Of a stretch of 64,000 nt of DNA, positions 20,629 to 29,475 are shown in pieces. Location of the stretch: the IMG/VR virus record IMGVR_UViG_3300017917_003822, positions 62,001-126,000 of that record; one strand, 5' to 3'. The notes under the pieces were generated by a model. It did no database searches, was not told the origin of the DNA, and worked only from the letters and a program-made list of their open reading frames with translations. Made by a program: the position numbers and the translations under genes. Positions within the stretch are counted from its first letter, which is position 1, and each line of letters opens with the position of its first letter.

Positions 20629-21594
20629 ATGATAAACAAAAAAATGACATTTATCTGTGCACAACCAGACGTGCCTTATTTTCATTGGCAGGTGGAGGTT
20701 CTGATTCATAACTTCATGAAAAATGGGATAAATCCCAACTGGATTGAGATTCTATTTGCTTATGATGAGACTATATCAAATGAAGGTTTATCGTTGGCTA
20801 GAAAATATCCTTTTGTTAGGTTTTTTTTCTATAAAAAAACTCCATGTGATAATTATGGGTATATCCCAATTCTGAGACCAGATATTTTGGAACAACATTT
20901 TATTAAATATCCCCAACTTTCGAGTGAGTTTATTTTCTATCACGACTCGGATATAATCTTCAGAGAACTCCCGGATTTTAATTCATTGCTTAATGATGAT
21001 ATTTGGTATCTTAGTGATACGGTTTCTTATATTGGCTCAGAGTACATAAAAAGTAAATCCGATAAGATTTTAACGGACATGTGCAACATCGCTGGAATAT
21101 CTAGAGATTTAGTTGAGCAGAATAACAAAAACTCGGGAGGAGCTCAGTATCTTATGAAGAATATAGATCATCTTTTTTGGAGAGATGTAAAATTCGTTTC
21201 TCTTGATCTTTATAAATATATGCTTGATGCCGAAATCGAGGAGAGAAAAACACTAACTGAAGATCAGTTAAAAACATACAACCCGATCCAGAAATGGTGC
21301 GCAGATATGTGGGGGGTTTTGTGGTGTGGTCTAAAAAGAGGAAACGAGATCAGATTATCTGATGAACTTGGATTTAGTTGGGGAAGTAGCTGGGGTACAC
21401 ATGAGTGGCAAAAGCATAAAATAATGCATAATGCTGGTGTTTCGGACAACTGTAACGGGAAATGTTTTCATAAGGCGGAGTTTATGAATAAATCCCCCTG
21501 GGATCATGATTTTTCTACAATAGATCCGAATAGTAACAGCTACAACTACATTCAGGCTATTTTATATGCTAAAGAAATGAGATCAAAGCTCTAG
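20629..21594 (+). CDS. GT-A glycosyltransferase, GT95/GT96-like (peptidyl O-glycosyltransferase family)
   Basis: DxD motif FYHDSDIIFR. The blocks PYFHWQVEVLIHNF, YIPILRP and KWCADMW parallel the YFDWQ, YxxxNKP and WxxEM blocks of plant SGT1/HPAT (recognised by eye). Confidence 0.7.
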   Translation: MINKKMTFICAQPDVPYFHWQVEVLIHNFMKNGINPNWIEILFAYDETISNEGLSLARKYPFVRFFFYKKTPCDNYGYIPILRPDILEQHFIKYPQLSSEFIFYHDSDIIFRELPDFNSLLNDDIWYLSDTVSYIGSEYIKSKSDKILTDMCNIAGISRDLVEQNNKNSGGAQYLMKNIDHLFWRDVKFVSLDLYKYMLDAEIEERKTLTEDQLKTYNPIQKWCADMWGVLWCGLKRGNEIRLSDELGFSWGSSWGTHEWQKHKIMHNAGVSDNCNGKCFHKAEFMNKSPWDHDFSTIDPNSNSYNYIQAILYAKEMRSKL

Positions 21595-21615
21595 TTTCAA
21601 GCGCTGATTATTAGT

Positions 21616-21623
21616 GATATATA
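21616..21623 (+). promoter_or_regulatory. Putative late promoter GATATATA
   Basis: 31 nt upstream of the PKD gene. Confidence 0.6.
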
Positions 21624-21646
21624 GTGCAAGCAATCATTAATATAAA

Positions 21647-23455
21647 ATGGCAGATATTCAGATAGGTGTAAATCAAGGCGACACCGTTTATTATTTCGAT
21701 CAGAGCGTTGGTTCTGTGGTTTCTAGAGATTGGTTTTTTCCTGGCGGAACTCCAACCGGTGCATCTTCTTTCGGACCAGCGATCCAATATAATAGCGTTA
21801 ATTCAGTCGGATATAATGCTTCTCTGCTTGTTACAGATGCCGCTGGAGTAACTGCTGGAATAACTAAACCTAATATCATCGTCGTTTTTCCGGAGTCCCC
21901 TAATCCGTCCATCTCAGTAACACCTTCTACACTTACCATGGGTATTAATGTAAATTATAGCGTGGTTGGATCGACAGGAACGGGGTTTGTTTCGTATTCT
22001 TGGAATATCCCAGGTCTCGGAGCAACATCGGGACCTTTGCTCTCTTCGGTTTTACAACAGTATAATGATTGGTTTACTCTAACTGGTACATATAGCGGCT
22101 TACCTGGAGCTTCCTATGTTGCCCCAGTTACATTAACAGTTACAACCACTGTGGGAAACACATTTAACGTTAATACAAACGCAACATATTTTAAATATGG
22201 TCCGATTGAGGAGATAAATTATAACGACTCATCATTTCCTTATGGTGTCAGCGGACCCTATTATCTACCAACGTTGATTGGTCCCAATTCTGGAACAATT
22301 GGCCTCGGAGGAAGCAATCCTGTTATAAAAATAGATCAGAGTTATGGTGCTACAGCTTGGAATAATTCTTATTTTCATTCAACAACAGAGAATTGTTACT
22401 TTTGGCCAAATAACGAGGATTTAAATTCGAGTGGATATCTTACTGGCACATTTACCCCGATACAATTTAAGACTATATTTTCAGGTACTGTTCTAAGTTT
22501 AGCTGGGGCTTCTTACACCTCAGATCCTGCTATAAATTCTGGTAATTATATAAAACCTGGATTTATTAGCACCAATTTGAATGACACCTTTTATATAACA
22601 GATTATCCTGCTGGAGGAATCTTAAACCAAGCAACCACTGGAGGTAGAGATTGGAGCGATGATGCTATACGATCCTATTTATCTAACACATACTACCTTT
22701 CTAACTCATCAAAATATATAGAAAATTCTGGATTTGTTTCAAAAGATGTTCCTAGATCAGATTTGGCAACGGTTGCTGACTATCTGAATGGTGGGTATAA
22801 TTTAAACGGCGGATACGGAACAAATAGTCATGGACCCTGTATACCAACTTCATATTTTTTTGAAACTGTTAAATCCGCACCAGGTTTAACTGTGGATGCA
22901 ACAGTAACGGTTCTTTGTGAAAATTCTGGGTCTAATTACTCCTATAATGTTGTTTTATCTTCACCTGGAGGTACCGGTAACAGTCCAGATAAATATCTAA
23001 CGACAGTACAAAGCAACTCTAACGGGAAGGGAATAGCTCAGATCCTTAATGAAGCAACAGCTCTAATTGGTTCGACTAATAAGCTTTCTGATTTCATTAT
23101 TTTCGAAGCTGCTAAAGAATATTGCTGTTATCAGGGTGGTGGAGATTCCTCAAATCCTCAATATGATGCACAGAGCTTCAACGGTCTACGTATATCAGTA
23201 ACCAATCCGATAGTTTCAAATACTGGAACATCTCTAGATTCTGGTGGAAGTATAACTGGGTTGAGTCTAACCTGGGGTCCTAACTGGATATCATCAATAC
23301 AGGGTAGTGGATTCTTCCTGTTTGATGTAAAATTAGCTAGTAGCCCAGGATCTTCGACAACGATGATATCCTGGTTGGGAGTAAAGGAAACTATGCGGAT
23401 AGATTACAATGATCCGACCAGATATTTTAGAGGGTGGAAAATTGGTGGAATATAA
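21647..23455 (+). CDS. PKD/Ig-domain virion protein
   Basis: N-terminal GDTVYYFDQSVGSVVSRDWFFPGGTP PKD-type motif and a second Ig-like segment; Gly/Ser/Thr rich. Confidence 0.6.
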   Translation: MADIQIGVNQGDTVYYFDQSVGSVVSRDWFFPGGTPTGASSFGPAIQYNSVNSVGYNASLLVTDAAGVTAGITKPNIIVVFPESPNPSISVTPSTLTMGINVNYSVVGSTGTGFVSYSWNIPGLGATSGPLLSSVLQQYNDWFTLTGTYSGLPGASYVAPVTLTVTTTVGNTFNVNTNATYFKYGPIEEINYNDSSFPYGVSGPYYLPTLIGPNSGTIGLGGSNPVIKIDQSYGATAWNNSYFHSTTENCYFWPNNEDLNSSGYLTGTFTPIQFKTIFSGTVLSLAGASYTSDPAINSGNYIKPGFISTNLNDTFYITDYPAGGILNQATTGGRDWSDDAIRSYLSNTYYLSNSSKYIENSGFVSKDVPRSDLATVADYLNGGYNLNGGYGTNSHGPCIPTSYFFETVKSAPGLTVDATVTVLCENSGSNYSYNVVLSSPGGTGNSPDKYLTTVQSNSNGKGIAQILNEATALIGSTNKLSDFIIFEAAKEYCCYQGGGDSSNPQYDAQSFNGLRISVTNPIVSNTGTSLDSGGSITGLSLTWGPNWISSIQGSGFFLFDVKLASSPGSSTTMISWLGVKETMRIDYNDPTRYFRGWKIGGI

Positions 23456-23482
23456 TATAAAAACAAGAAAAATTGATCTAAG

Positions 23483-26400
23483 ATGGCAAACACTTATTTA
23501 ATAATGAATCAGATAGACACCGACCACGAGTTCTTTGTTTGGGGTTCTGGTCAGGACTTAAGAAGATTCAATGGAAGTGGATGGGATTATTATAATTATC
23601 AGAATTCTGCTGTTCCTAGTGGAGCACCATATTTTTTGGATACCCGATGTATTTCAATCGATCCGGAGGATAAAGTTTGGGTTGGATGTGCTCAAGGACC
23701 AACAGCTGGATTAAATGAGGTTGCCGTTTTTTATATTGATAGCGACGATGTTTCGGTTGGTGAGAGCTGGAATTTTTCTGATCTTGGGGTCTTTGATGTT
23801 CCTCAGGAAATCTCACATGTTTATGCTTGTCCGTTTGGTGATGATATACTGGCATTCTCTACCCCATTAAATGGATTTGGTGGAACTGGTGCAACTTCAT
23901 CGTACACCGAATTTAAGGGGGTTACTGGTGGTAGGTTATTTTATTATCTTATTGAAACTGATCAATGGAAAGAAACAGCTCCTGGCTACACCTGGCCTCA
24001 CATATATGACATAAAAGCTAAAGGATATGAAGGGAAGGATTATTTCTATTATGTTGCTACAGATGAAGGATTACTCACAATACCACAAGGAACTCTTGAT
24101 ACGATAGATCTAAATGGTGTTAAAATATTAAAGCAGGCTCGTTTCTATAATACAAAAACCAGCGGTATATTATCTGATAGAGTTTTGTCATTAGATCTTG
24201 ATGAGGATGGTAATTTATGGATAGGTACTGACAAGGGCCTCTCATTTTTTAATGGTGTAGAATTTTGGAATTATCCAACATCATCCGGACCAATAACCAA
24301 AGTTAAATCTAGACCTAATGGACATGTTTTCTATGCATCAGGAGACGGTGAGTTATACCAGGGAACTGGACTTTGGCATTTTAATGGGGTCAATCACACC
24401 CAATATACATCATCAAATTCCAATTTAAATAATAATAATGTTTTAGATATAAAACTGGTTGAACACAACATAACTCAGAGTGGACTTACTGTTTATGAAA
24501 ATGGATTATGGGTTCTGTGTTATAATGACTTGGTTTCTTTTAATTATGATCAACCTCACGTTTACGGTTCTTCCAAATATGAGGGTGCTACAGGTTGGAA
24601 TTTCACATATTTCTCAGCTACGGGTGCAACCAGTGCACCTCTTCCGAAGGTTGACAAATACACTTGGAAATATCCTGAATGGAGAGTTTATCAGGACGAC
24701 TATTTACAGTATAAATTTCCTGGATTAGATCCGCGAAACCTTTTTCTCACAACAAAACTTTCTGATATAGCAAATGGGGAAGCTGGAAATCAACCATACT
24801 GGGATAATTGGCCAATTCCATCCTATGATGATGGGATTTCCATACAGAGTATATCATCACCAAAATGGGTTAGTGAAATAACAATTACGCAGAATCAAAC
24901 AAACCCAACCTATTTCGGGTTTATTGAAATAACCTCATCCACCTCCATCAGAACTGCACTTGGATTAAAGTATTATATTGGTGGTTACATTAAGGGAAAT
25001 GTTACTGTTAATTTTGGTAATTATAATAATAATGATGCTGCTACATTAATTAACATCAATCCAACCATAGGTGGATCAGTTACTAGCACCTCTGTTTCAG
25101 GATTATCTTCGCTAGATTTCGGTGAAATGGGATTTGTTGTTTCCTATAATGAAGCAGGAAATGTCGATTCAATTCTACCTTTTAGAGGTTATCAGACAAG
25201 GGTTCAGGATCTAGCCGCTTCGGAGGATGGTGAATATTTGGTTGCTTCGGGTATCTTTGATAGATTCATAGAAAATGGACCATATGTTTGGGATTCACTG
25301 GAAAGTGAAAATTACACATATCGAACCGGTCCAACTGGTGCACCTGCGGGGGTTACTACAAATAATGTTAATGGTTTAACCAGTGGTGCATATTCTTGGA
25401 TATACGGATCAACAGGATCAGCAATAATAAACACTAAATGGACTTATCTTCCGGGTAATCTTGGACAATCAAGCGGAAATGTCGATTTTGGTTTCGATTC
25501 AGCCTCAACCTGGGAGGAATTGAATGCAGTTTATCTAAATTATAATGATACCTTTTCAGTTTCACAGACACTCAATAATATAGTTTCATCAAACTCCATT
25601 AGCTTGAGTAGCGGAGCATCGTCGGTTCTATATCGTGTTGATTATATAGAGAATTTACCTAATGCGCCAAAAGGTGTTAAGTTGGGTGTAAGCTATAGTT
25701 ATCAATATCCTGGTTCTACTGGTGCATTTTCTTTTTCGAATGGAAATTCAATAGATGTTATTGTTTATGATTCGTCTAATAGCACATATCCCCTGGTGAG
25801 AGAAGTTTCTAGCGTTACTAATTATTGGGACAACTTTGACATTGATACCAAGTCAGTTTTCGTTGCTAAAATTGGAAGGGATTTAGGTAACACGATATCC
25901 TTTACTGATTTAGGTCTAACTGGAGGTTTTTCTTATGATGTTGCTAAATCATATAGAGGACTAGCTTTTAGACATTTTCCTAGTAAATATGAGCTTGATT
26001 CTAATTATCCTAATTATAAATCAACCAAGCTGGACGTAACTAGATATTCAATAAATCTTTCGCTGGAATCCAATCCGACTTTTTCTCTTTTGTCGAATAC
26101 AGCGGATCTCTCAACTTTAAAGAATAAATGGAATAGAACGAATGACTATTTTTCTACATCCGATGAAATATTGGGAAGCACACAGGAAATATCACAGAAT
26201 TGGAACTATGATTCAGTGTTGGGGTACATCAGAATGTCTTCGGAGGATTTGGCTTTATTCTCAACTAAAACATCCGAGAGCATCTATCCGGGGGTTGGAT
26301 CGACCGGTTCGAATAGAATGATATCTGATATAAAATCACTTACAAATAACAACACCTCACTAATAACGGGAGTTTCTGATCAGAATTTTAATTTTGGTGG

Positions 26401-27559
26401 CATTGGAGTTACCGGGGTTTCTTCAACATATACTCCATATTATATAATTTTGGATAAAGACGGGAACGGTGTAACTGGAGGTTTTATAAATGGAGCGACA
26501 GGTCAATATTTATATCCAAAAACATCTAAGGATTCCTCTACATACTATGTAACCTCCATATTTGGTGCTTCTGGAAGCTATTTTGGCGATTTCTATGATG
26601 CTGGTGCTACTGGAACGACTTCGTCTCATTTTTTAACTGCTAGAATAACTGAGCAGGGTGTGCCACTTTCGATAGATTCATTCAGTTCGTCTGTTGCATA
26701 CTCCGATATTTCACTAGTTGAATCTAGCAACTTAAGTACCGATCAATATTTCGTTTCGTACAGAGAAATCGGAGCAACATCAGATAATTTATATTTAGTT
26801 AAAACAAACAAAAATGATAAGATTACGGATTCCGAATCATTATCAGTAACCGGAACAAATCCATATACTGGAAATTTTGGTTTAGTGGTTAATACAGACC
26901 AGATTAACAACATAATGATTAGTGGTTTCAATTACGGTGTTACTGGATATGGTTATTATGAATATGGATCGACCTCAGGTTCTTTCATTTTGAGTGAACA
27001 GTATGTACCAGAACTAGGTATTAATTTGGGTAATATTATATCCCGCCCTGGATCTGGTGCTTGGACTTGGTGCGACGTTCATTCAACGGATAAAGGAATG
27101 AGCATTCCTTTAATGTCAACCGTTATTTTCAGTAACTATGCCTCAAATATCTATGGTAAGCAGAATAATAAGTGGATACTTAGCGATTCTGGAACTGGTA
27201 ACGAGCTATTAAACGTTATGGGTACACCATATTTTATTTATACTTTTACCTCACCTGGGAATTATACGATTTACAATAGTGTAGAGGATTCTTTTGGTAA
27301 CGTTTATGCTACTACGAGACCTGGGTATATTGAGGTTGTTAATCATAAAGTAAAAAGACCCGATGATAGAAACCCTGATGAAGTTGATTCATTTGATTAC
27401 GGACAACCTGAACCTTTCTATGGAAGGGACTATCAGGCTCAAAAACTTGCCAAGGATCTTATCATCGAGCAAGAAAAAATATTTAAATCTGGTATACAAC
27501 CTTTTGGTAGTCAGGTTAATATACCAGATAATCCAGACGCTACTTTCAGAAGCGAATAA
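23483..27559 (+). CDS. Beta-propeller (Reg_prop-like) plus PKD virion or receptor-binding protein
   Basis: ILSDRVLSLDLDEDGNLWIGTDKGLSFFNG propeller blade; C-terminal YTFTSPGNYTIYNSVEDSFGN PKD motif. Confidence 0.65.
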   Translation: MANTYLIMNQIDTDHEFFVWGSGQDLRRFNGSGWDYYNYQNSAVPSGAPYFLDTRCISIDPEDKVWVGCAQGPTAGLNEVAVFYIDSDDVSVGESWNFSDLGVFDVPQEISHVYACPFGDDILAFSTPLNGFGGTGATSSYTEFKGVTGGRLFYYLIETDQWKETAPGYTWPHIYDIKAKGYEGKDYFYYVATDEGLLTIPQGTLDTIDLNGVKILKQARFYNTKTSGILSDRVLSLDLDEDGNLWIGTDKGLSFFNGVEFWNYPTSSGPITKVKSRPNGHVFYASGDGELYQGTGLWHFNGVNHTQYTSSNSNLNNNNVLDIKLVEHNITQSGLTVYENGLWVLCYNDLVSFNYDQPHVYGSSKYEGATGWNFTYFSATGATSAPLPKVDKYTWKYPEWRVYQDDYLQYKFPGLDPRNLFLTTKLSDIANGEAGNQPYWDNWPIPSYDDGISIQSISSPKWVSEITITQNQTNPTYFGFIEITSSTSIRTALGLKYYIGGYIKGNVTVNFGNYNNNDAATLININPTIGGSVTSTSVSGLSSLDFGEMGFVVSYNEAGNVDSILPFRGYQTRVQDLAASEDGEYLVASGIFDRFIENGPYVWDSLESENYTYRTGPTGAPAGVTTNNVNGLTSGAYSWIYGSTGSAIINTKWTYLPGNLGQSSGNVDFGFDSASTWEELNAVYLNYNDTFSVSQTLNNIVSSNSISLSSGASSVLYRVDYIENLPNAPKGVKLGVSYSYQYPGSTGAFSFSNGNSIDVIVYDSSNSTYPLVREVSSVTNYWDNFDIDTKSVFVAKIGRDLGNTISFTDLGLTGGFSYDVAKSYRGLAFRHFPSKYELDSNYPNYKSTKLDVTRYSINLSLESNPTFSLLSNTADLSTLKNKWNRTNDYFSTSDEILGSTQEISQNWNYDSVLGYIRMSSEDLALFSTKTSESIYPGVGSTGSNRMISDIKSLTNNNTSLITGVSDQNFNFGGIGVTGVSSTYTPYYIILDKDGNGVTGGFINGATGQYLYPKTSKDSSTYYVTSIFGASGSYFGDFYDAGATGTTSSHFLTARITEQGVPLSIDSFSSSVAYSDISLVESSNLSTDQYFVSYREIGATSDNLYLVKTNKNDKITDSESLSVTGTNPYTGNFGLVVNTDQINNIMISGFNYGVTGYGYYEYGSTSGSFILSEQYVPELGINLGNIISRPGSGAWTWCDVHSTDKGMSIPLMSTVIFSNYASNIYGKQNNKWILSDSGTGNELLNVMGTPYFIYTFTSPGNYTIYNSVEDSFGNVYATTRPGYIEVVNHKVKRPDDRNPDEVDSFDYGQPEPFYGRDYQAQKLAKDLIIEQEKIFKSGIQPFGSQVNIPDNPDATFRSE

Positions 27560-27560
27560 T

Positions 27561-28316
27561 TTATTTAGTATTATTTTTTTCCTCCCACTCATCGAAGACT
27601 TCCTCGATGAGTTTTACTATAGGATCCCTGACTATATCATCATTGGAAAAATACATTGTCCCTATTCCGTCCTTATTTTCAAAGAGCTTAATAACTAGAT
27701 CGAGCGATGATAATTTGGGATTTTTCATATCTATTTGTTTAGTGTCGCCCGTTATGATCATTTTAGAATCCGTACCTATCCTGGTCATAGTGGATCTCAT
27801 GTTTTTCTGAGTTATGTTTTGAGCTTCGTCAACTATTATTATTGAGTTGTCTATCGACCTTCCTCTGATGTATGCGAGAGGTAAAATCTGGATGATACCC
27901 TGATCCAACATAATTTGAGTTAGGCTCTCTCCAATTATTTTATGAAAGTTGTCGAGAAATGAAATCATAAACGGAAACATTTTTTCCTTGAGATCCCCCT
28001 TTAAAAATCCAACCTCTTCTCCCTCCAGCACAGTTACACTCTTAACCAAGAGGATTTTTTTAAATCTTGGGTCCGACTTTAGAAGTTTCAAAGCCTGAGC
28101 ACATGCTAGATAGGTTTTCCCTGTTCCCGCTGGCCCTGATGTAATCGTTATTTTGTTTTCGTTTATGAGATTACTAAGCTTTTTCTGGTTTGTATTCTTG
28201 AATTTGTAATCTATTCTCAGTTTCTGTAAATCAAAATTCTGATTGTTTGCTGTTTGGCATGTAGTAAAATCGGATGTTTCCTTGTCATTGGATTTCTTAG
28301 TTTTGCTTCTTGTCAT
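27561..28316 (-). CDS. phoH: PhoH-family ATPase
   Basis: GPAGTGKTYLA Walker A, LAYIRGRSI, IIVDEAQN, GDTKQID and DIVRD motifs. Confidence 0.95.
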   Translation of the reverse strand: MTRSKTKKSNDKETSDFTTCQTANNQNFDLQKLRIDYKFKNTNQKKLSNLINENKITITSGPAGTGKTYLACAQALKLLKSDPRFKKILLVKSVTVLEGEEVGFLKGDLKEKMFPFMISFLDNFHKIIGESLTQIMLDQGIIQILPLAYIRGRSIDNSIIIVDEAQNITQKNMRSTMTRIGTDSKMIITGDTKQIDMKNPKLSSLDLVIKLFENKDGIGTMYFSNDDIVRDPIVKLIEEVFDEWEEKNNTK

Positions 28317-28488
28317 TTTCTAGTTTTTTTGTTAGAACGCAGATTGGGTACAACCTGGAAGATTTTTTTTTCGATTCAATAAAAAATTTGATTTTTTCGG
28401 TTTTTAGATGGGAATAAATACCGGTTTTTACAGTTAAAGATATATCCTTAAAGGCTTTTTTAGAAGTCTGTGTTTTTTGTCCCGTCAT
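28297..28488 (-). CDS. Small basic hypothetical protein (uncertain)
   Basis: 63-aa ORF from an internal ATG; fills the gap upstream of phoH and overlaps its start. Confidence 0.3.
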   Translation of the reverse strand: MTGQKTQTSKKAFKDISLTVKTGIYSHLKTEKIKFFIESKKKSSRLYPICVLTKKLENDKKQN

Positions 28489-28511
28489 ATTTAAGTGTTG
28501 TCTGTGACAAT

Positions 28512-28519
28512 GATATATA
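28512..28519 (+). promoter_or_regulatory. Putative late promoter GATATATA
   Basis: Positioned to restart + strand transcription after the inverted phoH. Confidence 0.6.
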
Positions 28520-28550
28520 TTTCGCTCTAAAAAACAAATAAAAGAAAAAA

Positions 28551-29456
28551 ATGGCAACTGTAAACATTAATGAAATCTTAGGTTCCGATTCAGTATCGGG
28601 ATCCAGAGTAACCATAAATTCCAATTTTCTTGTTCTTCAGAACTGGATTAATGGTTACGTAAACGTATTTGGAATTGACACCGTAAATGGTATACTTGAT
28701 CTTTCATCAGCTTCGACTGGTAGGGTTCAGGCAAAAATTGGTAGATTTGATTCGATTTCTCTTCCTTCCACAGGAACAGCAACCGCATCTATCAATTCAG
28801 CTGGTAACGCATCATTTGCAAGTGTTCAAACAACAACATTCACAGCATCAGGAGCTGTGGTAGCTTCATCGACCGTTACTTTCGGTTCGGCTTCAGTCTT
28901 TACATCAAATGGTACTGCAACATTCAACGGATCTTTAACAGCAAACTCGTCTCTGAATCTAGGTGCACAAGGTCATATAGTAAGTCAAAATACTACCTAT
29001 CGATCTGGCGCTACAGCAGGAACCGCGTTTCCTTCTAATGCAGCCGGAGGAGGTGGGGTTTATTCTTCTGTTAATTCACCTTATGCAATCACTGGATTGG
29101 AAGACGTTATTTACGCAGAATGTGGACCTACTGGATTCTATATGAAAGTGGTTGATGGAACATCACCAGTTGGTGGAACCTTACCTGCAATTCCGCAGGG
29201 AACAAGAATTACAATAGTGAACACATCAGGAACCACTGGTTATATTCATACAGGTGTTACTGGATCAACTTCATATTACACCGGATTTAACACGAATGCT
29301 TCATATGGAGGATTTGATGCCGGGGGTTTAGTTGTAACATCAGGAAAAGCATATAGATCTTCCGTTGTTCTTCAATGGGAACCTAGAGTTGGACAAGGTC
29401 AGGCTACACAAAATGGATCTTGGGTGGTATTAGGTTCTACAAACATAACAGTATAA
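28551..29456 (+). CDS. Short tail fibre / baseplate-attached protein
   Basis: N-terminal SDSVSGSRVTINSNF (gp9/gp10-like anchor motif) followed by a Ser/Thr/Ala-rich beta-helix-like region. Confidence 0.55.
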   Translation: MATVNINEILGSDSVSGSRVTINSNFLVLQNWINGYVNVFGIDTVNGILDLSSASTGRVQAKIGRFDSISLPSTGTATASINSAGNASFASVQTTTFTASGAVVASSTVTFGSASVFTSNGTATFNGSLTANSSLNLGAQGHIVSQNTTYRSGATAGTAFPSNAAGGGGVYSSVNSPYAITGLEDVIYAECGPTGFYMKVVDGTSPVGGTLPAIPQGTRITIVNTSGTTGYIHTGVTGSTSYYTGFNTNASYGGFDAGGLVVTSGKAYRSSVVLQWEPRVGQGQATQNGSWVVLGSTNITV

Positions 29457-29475
29457 TAAAATAATATAGGAATCA

